Both the position numbers and the translations under genes were made by a program. From an uncultured Gammaproteobacteria bacterium (GTDB lineage Bacteria; Pseudomonadota; Gammaproteobacteria; Steroidobacterales; Steroidobacteraceae), in contig CAVOGM010000006.1 of NCBI GenBank assembly GCA_963695465.1, positions 240,878 to 272,877 on the forward strand: 32,000 nucleotides of DNA, read 5' to 3'. Positions 28,852-32,000 of this stretch are shown piece by piece. Position 1 is the first letter of the stretch; the number at the start of each line of letters is the position of its first letter. The notes below the pieces were generated by a model. It was not told the origin of the DNA. It did not search any database and saw nothing but the letters and a program-made list of their open reading frames with translations.

Positions 28852-29226
28852 ATGAAAGCCCGGCCGCTGTTTGCGATCGCGGCCCTGTTCAACTTCCTGG
28901 TCGGCATCCCGATGCTCGTCGCCTATCCCCTGGTCGCGCGGCTGCTCGGTCTCGAAGGCCCGCCCACGGTGTGGTTCCACATCGCCGCGGCGATCGTCAT
29001 CGTCTTCGGATACGCGTACGCGCGTATTGCCCAGGACCCGGTGAAGTACCGCCCCTATGTCATGCTAGGCGCGATCGCCAAGCTGGCGTTTGTCGTCGTG
29101 ATCTACGGCCACTGGCTGAACGGAACAGCCCCGGGACCGGTTGCCCTGCTCGTGACAGCCGACCTCGTCTTTGCCCTGTTGTTTGCGGGTTACCTCAGGA
29201 CGTCGCCAGAGCCCGCCAACTTGTAG
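28852..29226 (+). CDS. Small (124 aa) four-TM membrane protein of unknown function
   Basis: ORF 28831..29226, with ATG 28852 preferred (MKARPLFAIAALFNFLVGIPMLVAY...). There are four hydrophobic stretches of ~20 aa separated by short polar loops. It is co-directional with the flanking operon genes. I recognise no motif. Confidence 0.55.
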   Translation: MKARPLFAIAALFNFLVGIPMLVAYPLVARLLGLEGPPTVWFHIAAAIVIVFGYAYARIAQDPVKYRPYVMLGAIAKLAFVVVIYGHWLNGTAPGPVALLVTADLVFALLFAGYLRTSPEPANL

Positions 29227-29338
29227 CCAGTGCCGCAGGTGACAACGGGCTGCGGGATCCCGGTACCGCCCTGCCGCCCAGGGAGAGGTACTCTACCGCT
29301 TGGACGCATCTAAACAGTCTGCGGTGGAGGACTCGAGC

Positions 29339-30835
29339 ATGGGCTTCAAGGAATACGGCCAGTACGACGCACTGGGACTCGCGGAGCTCGTTGGCCGTGG
29401 CGAGGTGAGCGCGGAGGAGCTGCTCGACGAGGCACTCGCCCGGACGGCTGCGGTCAATCCCCGGATCAATGCCGTCATCCACCTGATGGAGTCCCGCGCA
29501 CGCGAGTCCATCGCGGCCGGCCTGCCGCACGGTCCGCTGCGTGGTGTGCCCTTCCTGATCAAGGACCTGATGACCGCCTACGCGGGCGAACCGATGCGCA
29601 TGGGCTCGCGCCTGTTCCGGGATTACGTACCGATGGCCGACGAGGAACTGACGCGCCGCTACCGCGAATCGGGCCTCGTCATCTTCGGCAAGACCAACAC
29701 TCCGGAGCTCGGTGTCACCAACGTCACGGAGCCCGAATTGTTCGGGCCCACACGCAACCCTTGGAACCTGGAACGGACGTCGAGCGGTTCGAGCGGCGGC
29801 TCGGCTGCGGCCGTGGCGGCGAGAATCGTGCCAGCGGCCAACGCCAACGATGGTGGCGGGTCGATCCGGACGCCGGCGTCGAACTGCGGCTTGGTCGGAC
29901 TGAAGCCCAGCCGGGGCCGCAACCCGACCGGACCGCTGGTCCCTGACGTCTGGTGGGGCTTTATCGGTGAGCATGCCGTGACCCGCAGCGTGCGCGACAG
30001 CGCAGCGATCCTGGACGCCACGGCGGGCGACTATCCGCAGCAACTCATGAAGCTGCCGCCCCCGGAGCGTCCCTACCTCGAGGAGACTCAGCGCGAGCCA
30101 GGTCGACTGCGCATCGCCTTCAGTTTCGATCCGGGTCTCGGCAAGACGCTTCATCCGGAAAACCGCAAGGCGCTTGAGGAGACCACCGCAACGCTGCGCT
30201 CGCTGGGACACGAGATCACCGAGGTCAGGCTGCCCTTGCCGCCCGAGTCCTTTATCGAGAGTTACGCCGCCCTGATTTCGGCGGATGTTGCCGCGACATT
30301 GCGCACGGCGCAAACGCTCGTGGGGCGCAAGGCGCGCGCGGAGGACGTTGAACTGGCCACCTGGGTGCTGGCCTGCATGGGCGAAGCGCAGTCCGCCGCG
30401 GACGTCGCGGTTGCCCTATGGACGATGCAGACCTTCTCCCGCGAGTGGCTCGCCTGGTCGGCCGGCTTCGACGTTCTGCTGACACCGACTGTCGGCGTGC
30501 CGCCGTTGACCATAGGAGCCTACAAGATGGCCTCGATGCAGCGGCGCAGCCTGAAGCTGCTGACCGCACTGCCGGGCGGGGCGCTCCTCAGCCAGCGAGC
30601 AAAGGTGATCGAGGCCTTCGAGCCGGTCTTCGAATCGTCGCCCTACACGATGATCGCGAACGTCACGGGCCAGCCATCCCTGTCGCTACCGCTTCACTGG
30701 ACGGCGGACGGATTGCCCATGGGCATGCTGTTTACCGCCAGAACCGGCGACGACGCCACGCTGTTCCGTCTGGCCGCGCAGGTCGAGCAGGCCATGCCGT
30801 GGCGGGATCGAATCGCTCCGAACGCGATTCCCTGA
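29339..30835 (+). CDS. Amidase-signature (AS) family amidase
   Basis: ATG 29339 (GGAGG 8 nt upstream). Motifs: [17 protein letters not shown], the AS signature [12 protein letters not shown]...[22 protein letters not shown], and the C-terminal P.G.L.TAR.G.D. Confidence 0.9.
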   Translation: MGFKEYGQYDALGLAELVGRGEVSAEELLDEALARTAAVNPRINAVIHLMESRARESIAAGLPHGPLRGVPFLIKDLMTAYAGEPMRMGSRLFRDYVPMADEELTRRYRESGLVIFGKTNTPELGVTNVTEPELFGPTRNPWNLERTSSGSSGGSAAAVAARIVPAANANDGGGSIRTPASNCGLVGLKPSRGRNPTGPLVPDVWWGFIGEHAVTRSVRDSAAILDATAGDYPQQLMKLPPPERPYLEETQREPGRLRIAFSFDPGLGKTLHPENRKALEETTATLRSLGHEITEVRLPLPPESFIESYAALISADVAATLRTAQTLVGRKARAEDVELATWVLACMGEAQSAADVAVALWTMQTFSREWLAWSAGFDVLLTPTVGVPPLTIGAYKMASMQRRSLKLLTALPGGALLSQRAKVIEAFEPVFESSPYTMIANVTGQPSLSLPLHWTADGLPMGMLFTARTGDDATLFRLAAQVEQAMPWRDRIAPNAIP

Positions 30836-30853
30836 GTTGCGATATCCAGGCCC

Positions 30854-30885
30854 GGGTGGGCTGGCCTGTCATGGCCAGCCCACCC
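30854..30885 (+). terminator. 13-bp perfect hairpin after the amidase gene (probable operon terminator, weak U-tract)
   Basis: GGGTGGGCTGGCC (30854..30866), loop TGTCAT, GGCCAGCCCACCC (30873..30885), then CGCCTGTCTGTCTGTCG. It begins 19 nt after the amidase stop. Confidence 0.5.
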
Positions 30886-31088
30886 CGCCTGTCTGTCTGT
30901 CGACGCTACTGGCAGCCCGGCGGCTCGGATATGCCGATCAACGCAAAGAACGTGCTGGAGCTGGGCACCATGCCTGCCCCCTCTCTCCGTCGGAAATCGC
31001 CGATGACTTCCCGACCGCCGCGGCCGTTTCATTGCGCCGACAGCTGCACCGCAACAAGCACGCGGTGCCAGACCGCAGGAGAGCCCAC

Positions 31089-32000
31089 ATGGCGATGCGA
31101 ACGACCTTCGCAGCACGGATCCGGGCCGCGTCGCCGCCGCTCGTCCTGTGCCTGCTGGCACTGGCGGTCCAGGTCGGAGCAGCACCGGTCTGCGCGGCGG
31201 TACCGCCATCCCTGCCACCGGCGCCGCCCGTGGCGGCCCCCAAGCCATTTATTGTCAAATCGCCGGCCGGCGACCGGGTCGACAACTACTACTGGCTGCG
31301 CGACGACACACGGACAAATCCGGACGTGCTGGCCTACCTGGCCGCCGAGAACGCCTACAAGGACGCGATGCTGGCGCCGGTCAGGTCGCTCCAGGACAGG
31401 ATCTACGGCGAGATCGTGGGTCGCATCAAGCAGGACGACACGAGCGTCCCGTACCAGAAGAACGGCTGGTGGTACTACCGTCGCTACGACGAGGGCGGGG
31501 AATACCCTATCTACGCCCGCCGGCAGGGCTCCATGCAGGCGCCTGAGCAGGTCATGCTCGACGCAACCGAACTCGCCCACGGGCGCGACTTCTACCAGGT
31601 TGGCAACATGGCGGTCAGCCCGGACGGTCGGTTGCTGGCCTACGCGGACGACACGGTGGGACGGCGCCAGTACACGCTCCGCTTCAAGGACCTCGCGACG
31701 GGCAAGACGCTTGCCGACACCATCGAGAATGCGGAGCCCTCGCTGGCCTGGACCGCAGACAACCGTTCGGTTCTCTACATCGAAAAGGACCCGGTGACAC
31801 TGCTCGGTCTTCGCGTGCGGCAGCATCTGCTCGGCGCGGACCCCAAGTCTGACCGACTGGTGTATGAGCAGAACGACCCCGCTTTCTATACGGATGTCTT
31901 CAACTCCAAGGACGAGCGGTTTGTCGTCATCTATGCGGAGAGCACCGTGTCCTCCGAGATACGCTACGCCGACGCCGCTGATCCGAAACTGGCCTTCCGG
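31089..32000 (+). CDS. ptrB: Oligopeptidase B (S9A prolyl-oligopeptidase family) with an N-terminal signal peptide; 3' end runs off the window
   Basis: Absent from the ORF track because it is open-ended. ATG 31089 (AGGAGA 8 nt upstream) begins [36 protein letters not shown]. Then comes [70 protein letters not shown]..., colinear with my recollection of E. coli PtrB ([29 protein letters not shown].Y...LQDRILKEI..RI). It is in frame to position 32000 with no stop. Confidence 0.85.
   Translation, partial: [304 protein letters not shown]

Noticed and set aside
22598-31826. Minus-strand ORFs 22598..23680, 24217..25011, 25072..26823, 27200..27895, 29195..30313 and 31029..31826, plus plus-strand ORF 30418..31797
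   Set aside because: All overlap well-supported plus-strand genes (ACAD, thiolase, ligase, saccharopine-DH-like, amidase, ptrB), either in antisense or in the wrong frame. They have Arg/Gly/Pro-rich junk composition.
1-32000. Mobile elements, prophage, defence islands, toxin-antitoxin pairs, and tRNA or rRNA genes
   Set aside because: I looked for integrase, transposase or recombinase motifs, terminal inverted repeats flanking gene blocks, cloverleaf-like tRNA sequences, and compositional islands longer than ~50 bp. I found none. Composition is uniform apart from the 18215..18253 A/T patch and the centre of the 4645..4791 palindrome.

Overview
High-GC (roughly two-thirds G+C by eye) chromosomal segment of proteobacterial type; yceH, exbD and a fabA-fabB operon are the lineage hallmarks. 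I found no rRNA, tRNA, CRISPR array, transposase, integrase or recognisable defence gene. Left to right: yceH-like gene (partial); a ~1320-aa DUF3683/FAD-oxidase/Fe-S fusion oxidoreductase; a 147-bp composite palindrome filling a convergent gap; a stand-alone EF-G paralogue; an orphan exbD; an MFS transporter; a DUF389 membrane protein with an OmpA-like C-terminus; a Cu/Zn-SOD-like gene; an LpxL-like acyltransferase plus B12/radical-SAM pair; fabB-fabA; a DinB-like gene coupled to a dihaem cytochrome c; a TetR gene coupled to an MBL-fold gene; a MalT/LuxR-type regulator divergent from a tight 7-gene acyl-CoA-type operon (ACAD, SCPx-like thiolase, CoA ligase, saccharopine-DH-like, SDR, 4-TM protein, amidase); and a signal-peptide-bearing oligopeptidase B (partial). 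The strongest sequence-level oddity is that six consecutive genes between ~14.5 and 19.65 kb are each broken by repeated +1 frame shifts, while about 16 kb of flanking genes are uninterrupted. The protein sense stays conserved across every break, so I read this as local insertion-type sequence error rather than gene decay, but this window alone cannot prove that. The best candidates for undescribed biology are the acyltransferase/radical-SAM lipid module, the DUF389-OmpA fusion, the MalT/LuxR-controlled operon of unknown substrate, and the heptamer-built palindromic element. All functional calls rest on motif recognition by eye. No database search was run.
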